Source: Chrysemys picta bellii
Lineage: Eukaryota
Length of the DNA stretch: 64,000 nucleotides
Direction: 5' to 3'
NCBI RefSeq assembly: GCF_011386835.1
Contig: NC_088801.1
Coordinates: forward strand, 56,916,001-56,980,000
In this document: piece by piece, positions 63,988 through 64,000 of the stretch
How the letters are laid out: every line of letters starts with the position of its first letter
How positions within the stretch are numbered: the stretch's first letter is position 1
Notes under the pieces: generated by a model
What the model saw: the letters and a program-made list of their open reading frames with translations, nothing else
Databases searched by the model: none
Told to the model about the DNA's origin: nothing
Translations under genes and position numbers: made by a program

Positions 63988-64000
63988 CGACTCACAAATG

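Overview
Eukaryotic, repeat-rich genomic DNA, most likely a turtle (Testudines) intron or gene desert. This is inferred from recalled repeat families: CR1 with GTTCTTAT/GTCTATGA-type tails, Penelope-like elements (PLE), MIR-type SINEs, an LF-SINE and hAT MITEs. I could not identify any host protein-coding gene. Every long ORF is a transposon ORF or an artefact of a GC-rich repeat. Main features: (1) a nearly complete Chapaev3-type DNA transposon (7902-11172) whose transposase can be rebuilt, interrupted by a young hAT MITE with perfect TIRs, an 8-bp TSD and a perfect 29-bp hairpin; (2) minimal type-I hammerhead ribozyme motifs in PLE termini (about 17025 and 38883, plus a decayed trace at about 55410); (3) a solo LTR with a 5-bp TSD inside a PLE, which repeats its own first 44 bp near its 3' end and carries an intact-looking promoter and a 4x39-bp repeat; (4) Gmr1-type Gypsy remnants (SCAN-like gag, integrase before RT); (5) a 59-bp locally templated insertion in a MIR and an 84-bp inverted PLE mini-insertion with a 13-bp TSD; (6) an LF-SINE, a CpG-rich non-repeat segment and one candidate 31-nt exon. 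Family names come from recalled consensus sequences, not database searches. Boundaries without a TIR or TSD are approximate.
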